From Paenarthrobacter sp. NPDC092416 (lineage in GTDB: Bacteria > Actinomycetota > Actinomycetes > Actinomycetales > Micrococcaceae): 24,000 bases of DNA. Below, in pieces: positions 8,999 through 16,722 of this stretch. Location: assembly GCF_044755025.1 (NCBI RefSeq), contig NZ_JBIVQG010000012.1:60790-84789 (forward strand). Direction: 5' to 3'. The translations under genes were made by a program, and so were the position numbers. The notes under the pieces were generated by a model. It saw only the letters and a program-made list of their open reading frames with translations, had not been told where the DNA came from and made no database searches. How positions within the stretch are numbered: position 1 is the stretch's first letter; every line of letters starts with the position of its first letter.

Positions 8999-9548
8999 CG
9001 TCGACATCGCGGGCCGCGGCCAGGATCTCCGCTCAGGCGGGCAAAGCGCGAAGGAATGGATCGAGCGGCTGGACTTGACGCCGTCGGGCGTTGGTGGCTG
9101 GTTCGCGCCCGCGATGGTGAGCGACGAGCTCATCGCGGGTTCGGCATTGCCTCCGCGTTTCGGCTGTGACCATCCGCTGTACAGCTCCAACTGGTACCTG
9201 CTGCAGGCGGGCGAAGTGCTGCAATTGCACACGCTGAAGCAGGACGAGCTGTGGTTCTTCCACGTGGGAACGCCCATCCAGCTGCACGTCTTTTCGCAGA
9301 CAGGTGGGTACTCGGAAACGGTCTTCGGGCCGGATCCGGACGCCGGTGAAATCCTGCATGGAGCGGCGCCGCATTCCACGTGGTTCGGTGCCGAGCTGGC
9401 TGGGCCGGGGTTCGCCTTGGTCAGCTGCAGCCTCTCTCCCGGCTACGAGCCAACGGATTCTGCAAAGCCCACGGGTGAAGATGTGGAGGCGCTCGTGGCG
9501 CAGTTCCCTGACCAGGCGGAGTTGATCCGCCGACTCGCGGTCGGGTAA
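8991..9548 (+). CDS. Cupin-fold protein, DUF985 (YML079w-like) family
   Basis: EWIERLDLTPSGVGGWFAP...LYSSNWYLLQAGEVLQLHTLKQDELWFFHVGTPIQLHVF resembles the DUF985 cupin family. Its ATG 8991 overlaps the PAS gene stop by 8 nt (ATGACTGA). Confidence 0.75.
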   Translation: MTDVDIAGRGQDLRSGGQSAKEWIERLDLTPSGVGGWFAPAMVSDELIAGSALPPRFGCDHPLYSSNWYLLQAGEVLQLHTLKQDELWFFHVGTPIQLHVFSQTGGYSETVFGPDPDAGEILHGAAPHSTWFGAELAGPGFALVSCSLSPGYEPTDSAKPTGEDVEALVAQFPDQAELIRRLAVG

Positions 9549-9557
9549 AGCGCTACT

Positions 9558-9591
9558 CGGAGTGCGCCCGTTGGGGGACGGGCGCACTCCG
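9558..9591 (+). terminator. GC-rich hairpin after the cupin gene (terminator candidate without U-tract)
   Basis: CGGAGTGCGCCCGT (9558-9571) pairs perfectly with ACGGGCGCACTCCG (9578-9591), with a 6-nt loop. It starts 10 nt after stop 9548. No T-tract follows. Confidence 0.5.
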
Positions 9592-9641
9592 CTGTGGCGG
9601 CCTGTAGCCTCATTGCATGAACAGTATGGGGGTGCTGGCCA

Positions 9642-10478
9642 ATGACTGGGACCGTGCGTAGTCGGCGACGATGGTGGCTGATCATCGCACTTCTGATAGC
9701 CGCGGCAGTAGCTGCCTATCCCATTGCGCTGGTGGTCAAACATATGATCGGCAGTGCTGTGGGGCCGACAACTGTGGCCCACAACGCCGATGGAACCGAG
9801 CGGACAATATTTTGGCGTGACTACCCGGGTGTCGCTGGGATTGACCCGCAGGAAACGCTTGATGGACCCTCGCCCGAACAGGCGTTGGAGACCGGCCGGA
9901 AAATGATCGCTGAGATCAGATCTGCCCTCTCTGCAGAGCTTCAGCTTGAGTGGGCGACCGACTATGACCCTTCCGGCACCGGCGGCCCGCTTGTCAGGCA
10001 CGTTTCCAACGGTTTCGGAGGTACGTCGCTGTTATCGGTTGTGAACGGCACCGAGTCGCAGAGCACGTCAGTGCCGGAGACATGGGCTGGAAAGCAGCGG
10101 GCCGTCGACATCATCGGCGACGTCGCGGACAAGTATGGATTCGGAGAGCCTGCCTTCGACGACCTCGCCGCCTGGTCCGATGAGGATCGCGTCCGGGATC
10201 TCGGCGGACGAACCCCGGATCAACAGGTGATCGTTTCCGGCATGGTCCCCGGGCCCGCTGGCCAGTGGCTCTCCTTCAGGTTCCAGGATCTTTCGAAGGA
10301 CACAGACGGCAGACTTGAAGAGCGGCTCCGCCCACCGGCAGGAAGCGGATGGCAGCTGAACACGGTGGCCCTCAGCTACGGGGCAAACGGACTTCTGGCG
10401 GAAGAAGACCGCGCTGCGTTCGAATCCCGGCTTCGGCCGTTTCTCGGGCTCACGCCGCCGGCGCCGCTGGAGAGTTGA
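9642..10478 (+). CDS. Hypothetical membrane-anchored / exported protein
   Basis: The N-terminal RRRWWLIIALLIAAAVAAYPIALVV is a signal-anchor helix and the rest is hydrophilic. Codon usage is GC3-rich like the neighbours. I recognise no family. Confidence 0.6.
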   Translation: MTGTVRSRRRWWLIIALLIAAAVAAYPIALVVKHMIGSAVGPTTVAHNADGTERTIFWRDYPGVAGIDPQETLDGPSPEQALETGRKMIAEIRSALSAELQLEWATDYDPSGTGGPLVRHVSNGFGGTSLLSVVNGTESQSTSVPETWAGKQRAVDIIGDVADKYGFGEPAFDDLAAWSDEDRVRDLGGRTPDQQVIVSGMVPGPAGQWLSFRFQDLSKDTDGRLEERLRPPAGSGWQLNTVALSYGANGLLAEEDRAAFESRLRPFLGLTPPAPLES

Positions 10479-10516
10479 TACTTACTGGACGGCTGAACGG
10501 CTGAACGGCGGGACGG

Positions 10517-10666
10517 CCCGACGGGACGTGAGAGACGGTCCACCCAAACCCGACGGGACGTGAGAGACGGTCCACCCAAACCCGACCGGACGTGAGAGAC
10601 GGTCCACCCAAACCCGACCGGACGTGAGAGACGGTCCACCCAAACCCGACGGGACGTGAGAGACGG
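10517..10666. repeat. Tandem repeat of a 32-bp unit, 4.7 copies
   Basis: Unit CCCGACSGGACGTGAGAGACGGTCCACCCAAA starts at 10517, 10549, 10581, 10613 and 10645 (last copy truncated). The only polymorphic position is S (G,G,C,C,G). The array lies between two convergent stop codons (10478 and 10670). Confidence 0.95.
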
Positions 10667-10669
10667 ATC

Positions 10670-11722
10670 CTAGTCGGCGGCATCGGCGGCGAGGCGGATG
10701 CCGTTCTCCGCCAGCCACACCGGGTTGAAGGCCTTGCTCAGGTAGTTCGTGCCGGCGTCGGGCGCTATGGCCACCACTACCGAACCGTGAGGCGCGGCGC
10801 GGGCCACCCGCAACGCGGCGGCGACGGCGAGCCCGGACGACGGACCCAACGCCAGCCCTTCTTCATCGAGCAGCCGGTGGACGGTGGAGTAGACCTCATC
10901 ATTGGGGATGCGCACGAAACGGTCCACGATGGAGCGGTCAAATGCCTTGGGCCACTCGGGCTCGGGCCAGGAATTGCCGACGCCGTCCACCAGGATCTCC
11001 CCAGGGTGTCCGCCGCTGTACACGGAACCGTAAGGGTCAGCCCCAACCACTTCCAGATGCCCGCCCGGCCGTGACGCTGCAACCTGTTCCCTCAGGTACC
11101 GGCCGTTGCCGCTGATGGTCCCGCCGGTGCCGATGCCGGCCACGAAATGGGTCACCAAACCCTGGGTCTGCTTCCAAATCTCGGGTCCCGTGGTTTGGTA
11201 ATGTGCTGCAGGATTGGCCGGGTTGTCGAACTGCATGGGCCTCCACGCGCCGGGGGTTTCGGCGGTGATCCGCGCCGCCACGGCACGGGCGTTCTCCGGC
11301 GATTCGGAGGGCGCGCTCCAGTCCGTGAGGATCACGCGGGCGCCGTAATTATGCAGCGCGGCGAGCTTCTCGTGCGAGATGGTGTCACCGGTGACCACCA
11401 CCACCGGATGCCCGGTCAGGCGCCCAATCAGCGCCAGGCCGATCCCCGTATTGCCCGACGTGCTCTCCACAATCGTCGCTCCCGGCCGCAGCTCCCCCGA
11501 CCTTTCCGCCGCGCGAACCATGCTCAGCGCAGTACGGTCCTTGATGGATCCGCCGGGGTTTTCCGACTCGAGTTTGATGTGGATGCTGCTGCCCAGGCCG
11601 CGGCCCATGGCCTCCAGCTTCACCAGTGGCGTGTTGCCCACTCTGTCCAGGACAGAGACATCGAGCCCGTCCGGCACCGCCGCCGCGTGGACGCCGTGCT
11701 TTCGGGTTGCTGTTTTCACCAT
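10670..11722 (-). CDS. Cysteine synthase / cystathionine beta-synthase family PLP enzyme (fold type II)
   Basis: Motifs: NTPLVKL, PLP-lysine motif NPGGSIKDR, substrate loop TSGNTG and glycine loop GIGTGGTISG. ATG 11722 overlaps the upstream gene's TGA (ATGGTGA). Confidence 0.85.
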   Translation of the reverse strand: MVKTATRKHGVHAAAVPDGLDVSVLDRVGNTPLVKLEAMGRGLGSSIHIKLESENPGGSIKDRTALSMVRAAERSGELRPGATIVESTSGNTGIGLALIGRLTGHPVVVVTGDTISHEKLAALHNYGARVILTDWSAPSESPENARAVAARITAETPGAWRPMQFDNPANPAAHYQTTGPEIWKQTQGLVTHFVAGIGTGGTISGNGRYLREQVAASRPGGHLEVVGADPYGSVYSGGHPGEILVDGVGNSWPEPEWPKAFDRSIVDRFVRIPNDEVYSTVHRLLDEEGLALGPSSGLAVAAALRVARAAPHGSVVVAIAPDAGTNYLSKAFNPVWLAENGIRLAADAAD

Positions 11723-13344
11723 GTCCCGCCTCCTTCGGCTTGTGCCACTTCACGGGCGGCGGCCCCTCGGTTCGCGGCAAAACGGTCGGCCGGAGCAGCC
11801 ACAACCAAAGAGTCCACAACCAACGCCTCCCGCAGCTCACGCCGCGCCCGCTCTACCAAGTCAGGTGCCGATGGCCGGTCCGTCAGCACATCAGCAAGTC
11901 GACCCACGACGGCGCCGGTCCCCTTTCCGAGCGGCCGCGCGGCTCCCGCTTCAAGCAGCAGGTAAGACGCCGTCAGCGCTTCGATCGTCAAAAGCTTTTC
12001 GGCCGCGTCCAAGGACTTCTCCAGTTGCTGCAAGGCAAGCGGCGCAAGGGTGGAATGGTCCTCGACGTCGGCCGAGAGGGTTGGGGCGCCAAGGGTCGCC
12101 GGTGCCGCCAGGAACTTCAGTTCGGCCAGCAATCCGGCGGCGGAGTACCACAACAGCCCGGGCAGTTCCTCCTGGGCAAGGCCTGACTCCGACGTCGCAG
12201 CCTGCAAGTGCTTCGCCCGGATGGCCCGCTGGGGCGGATACAGCTTGGCGATGCGTCGTTCGCTGGAAATCCCCACATGCGCGAGGGCCAACCGCAGGCC
12301 TTCAAAGGACAACGCGAGCTGCATGGGTTGGAAGTTCCCACCGGACACCATCAGCCCGGACTCGACATCCGCCAACGGGTTATCCCCGCGTCCGTTCAAT
12401 TCCACGTTCAACGCGGCGCCGAGTTGTGAAACCAAGGCGCGAAAAGCTCCGTGGGTCTGCGGCGCCGCACGGAAGGAGAGGGCATCCTGAACCGAAACTT
12501 CGGGACGGATGTCTTCCAGCCACCCGCCGCTGAGGAGACGGCGCACTGCAGCGGCCGATTCGCGTTGCCCGTCCACGGCCTTGGCCGCCTGGATTGCCGG
12601 CGAAAACGGGCTGAGGTTCCCACCGTCGTCGTACCTTGCGATCGTCTCCAGCGATAGTGAAAGCGCGACGTCGGCCAGTTCCGCAAGCTGCTGCAGCCGC
12701 ACCAGAGCGAGGGTGCCGGCGCCCACCGAATACGCGTTGGCACTGACCAGCGCGAGTGCCTCCCCGGGCGCCAGGCGCAATGGCTGTAGTCCGGCGTCGG
12801 CGAGCGCCTTGGCCCCTGGCACCAGCGTGCCATCAGCATCGAACGCCTCCCCCTCCCCGAGTGCGACGGCGGCGACGGCGGCCAGCTGGGTCAAGTCCGA
12901 GGAGCCCACCGAGCCTTCGCGCGGGATGGCGGGGAACACTCCGCGGTTGAGCAGCTCGGCATAGAAGCTGGCGGTTTCGGGTCGTACGCCGGAGCCGCCA
13001 CGACTGAAGCCGATGAGCCTGGCCAAAATCACGGCTCGTGCAGCGGAACGGTCCAGATACGGGCCGACGCCGCTGTTGTGATACCTGACCACCTGGATTT
13101 GGTACGCCAGGATCGACTTCTCCTCCACAGCGGTGTCCCGCCCGGAGCCGAGCAAGGTATTGAGCCCGTAAACCCGCTGACCCGAGGAAGCAGCCCGTTC
13201 CACCACCTCCCGCGAATGACCGATCAAAGACAACGCATCTTGGTTGAGTTTCACGTGAAACGTCGGATCCAACGCGGCTGCGGCAATGGCTGGGGCGTGC
13301 ACCGCCAAGGTACCGATCACCAGGGTCTTGGGCGTGGAGGACAT
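11716..13344 (-). CDS. Aromatic amino acid ammonia-lyase (HAL/PAL) family protein lacking the Ala-Ser-Gly MIO triad
   Basis: Family motifs: YGLNT, RYHNSGVG, QDALSFRAAPQTHGA, GDNPL, SGGNFQP and SADVEDHST. Canonical enzymes read GSVGASGDLAPLA; this protein reads GSVGSSDLTQLA (nt 12895-12915). The start is set to ATG 13344, 1 nt after the upstream stop. The ORF-track start at 13380 overlaps the upstream gene. Confidence 0.85.
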   Translation of the reverse strand: MSSTPKTLVIGTLAVHAPAIAAAALDPTFHVKLNQDALSLIGHSREVVERAASSGQRVYGLNTLLGSGRDTAVEEKSILAYQIQVVRYHNSGVGPYLDRSAARAVILARLIGFSRGGSGVRPETASFYAELLNRGVFPAIPREGSVGSSDLTQLAAVAAVALGEGEAFDADGTLVPGAKALADAGLQPLRLAPGEALALVSANAYSVGAGTLALVRLQQLAELADVALSLSLETIARYDDGGNLSPFSPAIQAAKAVDGQRESAAAVRRLLSGGWLEDIRPEVSVQDALSFRAAPQTHGAFRALVSQLGAALNVELNGRGDNPLADVESGLMVSGGNFQPMQLALSFEGLRLALAHVGISSERRIAKLYPPQRAIRAKHLQAATSESGLAQEELPGLLWYSAAGLLAELKFLAAPATLGAPTLSADVEDHSTLAPLALQQLEKSLDAAEKLLTIEALTASYLLLEAGAARPLGKGTGAVVGRLADVLTDRPSAPDLVERARRELREALVVDSLVVAAPADRFAANRGAAAREVAQAEGGGTW

Positions 13345-13345
13345 G

Positions 13346-14674
13346 TCAGAAGTCCAAGAGGTTCTGCCGGAAGCCGCCACTGCCGTAGCTCTTCCTCAAC
13401 AGGCCGCGGCGCCTGAGCTCGGGCGTGAGCTTGTCCAGCACGCCGTGGACGGTCACGGGGTCCACGAAGCCGGAGAACAGGAAACCGTCGCCACCGACAG
13501 CCGAGCCGGTCTCCTCGAGGTAGTCCGCAATTTCGCCCACCGTGCCGATGATCGAGTCCCCGGCACCGCCACTGCGGGCCTGCAGGATCTGGCGCAGGGT
13601 GGAACCGGGAGGCGCCGCCTTGGCAAAGTGGTCCAACGTGCCCTGGTTGCTGTTGGTGCTCAGCTCGGGCAGCGGGGCGTCGAGGTCGAACTGCTTGAAG
13701 TCGATGACCGAGAGATAAGAGATCGAGTTAAGCTGGCTGTCGATGTCCCGCTGGGTGAGCTGCCGGCGCTGGGCCCGCAATTCCTCCGCTTCAGCGGTAG
13801 AACCAACCACCGTGGGCTTCAGAACGAAAAGCACCTTGACGTCGTCCGGATTCCTGCCCGCCTTGGCCGCCTCAGCACGGATCGAATCCCTGTAGGACTT
13901 CATGCCGTCAACGCCACGGGCCAAGGCAATCGCCACATCCGCATGCCCGCCCGCGAACGCCTTGCCCCGAGGCGACGCGCCGGCCTGCACAAGCACCGGC
14001 TCCTCCGGCAGGGGCGCCGTGTTCAGCGGGCCTCGGACCTTGAAGAAATCGCCTTGGTGGTTGATCGGGTGAACCTTGGTGTGGTCGGCGTACACCCCGG
14101 CGTCCACGTCCTCAAGGACCGCACCAGGTTCCCAGCTCCGCCAAAGCTGCCTGACGACGTCGACGAATTCCTCCGCTTTCCCGTACCTCAAGTCGTGCTC
14201 GATCTGCTGGTCCAGCCCGTAGTTCTGGGCCGCGAGGTCGCTGCCCGAGGTGACCACGTTCCACCCCAACTGCCCCTCAGAGAAGTGCTGCAGCGTGGCG
14301 AGGAGCCTGGCAGCGGTGAAGGGCGGATAGAAGGAAGCGCTGACCGTGGGCACGATCCCGAGGTGCTCGGTCGCGGAAAGAAGGTACGGGACCAACGCGA
14401 GAGGATCGTGCTTGGGCGCAAAGGAAGCGTGGGCCAGCGAGACCTCGGCGGTGCCGCCGTAGGTATCGGGAACCGTGAGGGAATCCTCGATGATGAACAG
14501 GTCCAGGCCGGATTGCTCAAACGCCCGGACGGCCTCCTGATACAGGGCGGGTTTCTTCCAGTCGTAGCCCAGGCTGTAGCCGGGAGTCCCCCAACCCTGG
14601 ACTCCGAATCCGTGGCCCACAAACCAACCAAAATGCAGCATGGGCTTGAGTGTAGAACTGCTCCGTCCGTTCAC
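13346..14674 (-). CDS. LLM-class FMN-dependent monooxygenase, NtaA/SnaA/DszA subfamily
   Basis: About 440 aa. The N-terminus LHFGWFVGHGF..GW....Y.W....Y.E.VRAFEQSGLDLFIIEDSL is typical of the nitrilotriacetate monooxygenase A / DszA subfamily of luciferase-like monooxygenases. The start is either GTG 14674 or ATG 14641; I cannot decide between them. Confidence 0.85.
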   Translation of the reverse strand: MNGRSSSTLKPMLHFGWFVGHGFGVQGWGTPGYSLGYDWKKPALYQEAVRAFEQSGLDLFIIEDSLTVPDTYGGTAEVSLAHASFAPKHDPLALVPYLLSATEHLGIVPTVSASFYPPFTAARLLATLQHFSEGQLGWNVVTSGSDLAAQNYGLDQQIEHDLRYGKAEEFVDVVRQLWRSWEPGAVLEDVDAGVYADHTKVHPINHQGDFFKVRGPLNTAPLPEEPVLVQAGASPRGKAFAGGHADVAIALARGVDGMKSYRDSIRAEAAKAGRNPDDVKVLFVLKPTVVGSTAEAEELRAQRRQLTQRDIDSQLNSISYLSVIDFKQFDLDAPLPELSTNSNQGTLDHFAKAAPPGSTLRQILQARSGGAGDSIIGTVGEIADYLEETGSAVGGDGFLFSGFVDPVTVHGVLDKLTPELRRRGLLRKSYGSGGFRQNLLDF

Positions 14675-14827
14675 CGCGACCTGATTTCATGCGAAGTTAC
14701 AGGGGGTCGTACTGCGTCAATTATGCTCCCGTAGCGTCACATTTGGAGGCGCCTCGGACCGCCCCGGATTTCCACATACGGCGATCGGCATGTTCCACAA
14801 ACAGCCGGGGTCGGGAATGATCGCTCT

Positions 14828-16519
14828 ATGAGTGCACCAACCACACGCCCTTCCGCCAAGGAGTGGCTGTCCAGCGTCTGGGCGCTCAAAGGCTATAAGC
14901 GCGAATGGTTGCGGCACGACATCGTGGCGGGCGCGGCATTGTTCGCACTGCTCGTGCCCGCGGGCATGGCCTACGCGCAGGCAGCCGGGCTCCCTCCCGT
15001 CACCGGTCTCTACGCAACCGTGGTCCCGTTGCTGGTTTACGCCGTCGTCGGGCCCTCCCGAATCCTGGTCCTGGGACCCGACTCCGCGCTGGCCCCAATG
15101 ATCGCCGCGGCGATCGTGCCGCTGGCTGCCGGGAGCAACGAAAAGTCCGTGGCGCTGGCCGGGCTGCTTGCCGTGCTGATCGGGGTGATCATGATGGCGG
15201 GTTCAGCGCTGCGGCTCGGCACCATCACAGGTCTCCTATCCAAACCCATCAGGCTCGGCTACTTGAACGGAATCGCGCTGCTCGTGGCGCTTTCCCAATT
15301 ACCTGCCTTTCTGGGGATCGAGGCCGACGGCGACATCCGGGAAAAGCTCGCGACGGTCACCGCAGGGGTGCTGAACGGCGCTATCAACCTCACGGCCTTG
15401 CTGCTCGGCGTGGGGTCGCTGGCACTCATCTGGATCCCCCGGCTCCTGAAATGGAAGGTTCCCGGCGTCCTGCTGGCGGTGGTTGGCTCGTGCATCGCGA
15501 CGGCGGTTTGGGGCCTGAACGACGGCGTCAAAGTCACCGGCGTTTTGCCGCAAGGCCTGCCGATGCCGGCCCTGGGCGGAATTGGCTGGGCCGACGCACT
15601 CACCTTGCTCCCAGCCGCCGCAGGCATCGCCCTGATGGCTTTCGCGGACACCGGCGTCCTGTCGCAAACCCTGGCAGCCAAGGAAGGAAACCGGGTCTCC
15701 GGGAACAGGGAAATGGCAGCTCTGGGGGCAGCCAACGCTGCCACCGGGCTGCTGGGCGGATTCCCCATTTCAGGGAGCGCCTCCCGGACTCCCGTGGCCG
15801 TGGACGCAGGCGCCAAATCCCAAATGACGGGTGTGGTGGGCGCAACCCTCGTTCTGGCGTTCATGCTCCTGGCCCCCGGTGTTACCGAGTACCTGCCCTC
15901 CGCCACGTTGGCCGCCGTGGTCATTGCCGCGGCCATTGCGTTGGCGGATCCAGGCGGCGTCTGGCGGCTGCTGCGTATGAGCCGCAGCGAATCCGTAGTG
16001 ATGGTGGCAGCGTTCCTCGGCGTTCTGCTGGTGGGCGTCCTCCAAGGGATTGTGGTGGCCATGGCTTTGGCCCTCCTGGATTTTGTGCGCAGGGCGTGGG
16101 ATCCGTACCGCGCCGAACTCGGCTCCGAAGAGGGCCTGCCCGGCTATCACGACCTCGCCAGGCACCCGGACGGCGAACGGGTCCCCGGGCTGCTCATCCT
16201 GCGCTTCGATGCCCCGCTGTTCTTCGGCAACGGACAGGTCTTAGCGTCGTTTGTCCGGGAAGAAGTGGACGAGGCTCCAGACGACATCACCCACGTCATC
16301 CTCGCTGCCGAGCCGATCACCGGGATCGACACCACCGCGCTCGAGGATCTGGTCACCCTGGACGAGTGGCTCGCCAGGAAAGGGGTGGATTTGGTGTTCG
16401 CAGAGCTCAAAGGGCCCGTCAAAGACAAACTGATCCAGCTAGGCGCCGCGGCCCGTTTCACGCCGGACCACTTCTTCCCCACCACCGGCGCTGCAGTCCG
16501 CGCACTGAGGCGCGGCTGA
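14828..16519 (+). CDS. SulP-family inorganic anion (sulfate) transporter with C-terminal STAS domain
   Basis: The polytopic N-terminal region (DIVAGAALFALLVPAGMAYAQAAGLPPVTGLY, GFPISGSASRT) is characteristic of SulP. The C-terminal 120 aa or so (LLILRFDAPLFFGN...VILAAEPITGIDTTAL) is STAS-like. Confidence 0.9.
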   Translation: MSAPTTRPSAKEWLSSVWALKGYKREWLRHDIVAGAALFALLVPAGMAYAQAAGLPPVTGLYATVVPLLVYAVVGPSRILVLGPDSALAPMIAAAIVPLAAGSNEKSVALAGLLAVLIGVIMMAGSALRLGTITGLLSKPIRLGYLNGIALLVALSQLPAFLGIEADGDIREKLATVTAGVLNGAINLTALLLGVGSLALIWIPRLLKWKVPGVLLAVVGSCIATAVWGLNDGVKVTGVLPQGLPMPALGGIGWADALTLLPAAAGIALMAFADTGVLSQTLAAKEGNRVSGNREMAALGAANAATGLLGGFPISGSASRTPVAVDAGAKSQMTGVVGATLVLAFMLLAPGVTEYLPSATLAAVVIAAAIALADPGGVWRLLRMSRSESVVMVAAFLGVLLVGVLQGIVVAMALALLDFVRRAWDPYRAELGSEEGLPGYHDLARHPDGERVPGLLILRFDAPLFFGNGQVLASFVREEVDEAPDDITHVILAAEPITGIDTTALEDLVTLDEWLARKGVDLVFAELKGPVKDKLIQLGAAARFTPDHFFPTTGAAVRALRRG

Positions 16520-16538
16520 CTCAAGCGCGCGCCGGTTA

Positions 16539-16595
16539 CGCAACATGACGACGACGGCGGTGCAGCCCGCCGTCGTGGATGTTACGTTTTTCTTG
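16539..16595 (+). terminator. Intrinsic terminator candidate after the SulP gene
   Basis: The inner stem ACGACGGCGG (16551-16560) / CCGCCGTCGT (16567-16576) has a 6-nt loop. The outer stem is AACAT/ATGTT. TTTTTCTT follows (16587-16594). Confidence 0.6.
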
Positions 16596-16703
16596 AGTAA
16601 TGAGCACCAGCGTTAAGCCCTGACTTGCTGGTCGGCAACCCTCTCTCCGGCGGGGTGCCTCAGGTGACTACTCGGCGTATCGACACTTCGAATCTGCAAG
16701 CGT
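16595..16703 (+). promoter_or_regulatory. SAM-IV-type S-adenosylmethionine riboswitch
   Basis: GAGUAAUGAGCACCAGCGUUAAGCCCUGACUUGCUGGUCGGCAACCCUCUCUCCGGCGGGGUGCCUCAGGUGACUACUC matches, nearly block for block, the actinobacterial SAM-IV core as I remember it (AUGAG..CCAGCG..AAGCCC..CUUGCUGG.CGGCAACCCUC...GGGGUGCC...GGUGA). P1 is GAGUA (16595-16599) / UACUC (16669-16673). A downstream GCAAG (16696-16700) can form the family's pseudoknot with CUUGC. The element ends 5 nt before SD GAGGAG (16708-16713) and sits upstream of a methionine-pathway operon. Confidence 0.8.
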
Positions 16704-16722
16704 GACTGAGGAGCACCCAGCA

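Noticed and set aside
10517-10666. Possible CRISPR array, given regularly spaced 32-bp repeats
   Set aside because: The units are directly head-to-tail with no spacers, and no cas genes are nearby. This is a tandem repeat, not a CRISPR.
10376-10718. Three overlapping minus-strand ORFs (87, 77 and 78 aa) encoding repetitive LSRPVGFGWTVSHV peptides
   Set aside because: They are simply the three reading frames of the 32-bp repeat, which is not a multiple of 3. They lack SD or start context, overlap the real neighbouring genes' ends, and are open only because the repeat lacks stop codons.
14746-14755. Perfect 10-bp palindrome GAGGCGCCTC in the LLM/SulP divergent promoter region
   Set aside because: Short GC-rich palindromes are expected by chance at this GC content. 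The flanks do not extend the symmetry and I know of no operator consensus it matches.
11379-16548. Other long antisense or out-of-frame ORFs (11379..12533 +, 13286..14734 +, 14905..16548 +, 15259..16062 -, 12408..12839 -)
   Set aside because: All overlap well-supported genes, are Arg/Pro/Ala-rich and low-complexity, and have no family motifs. They are shadow ORFs expected at this GC content.
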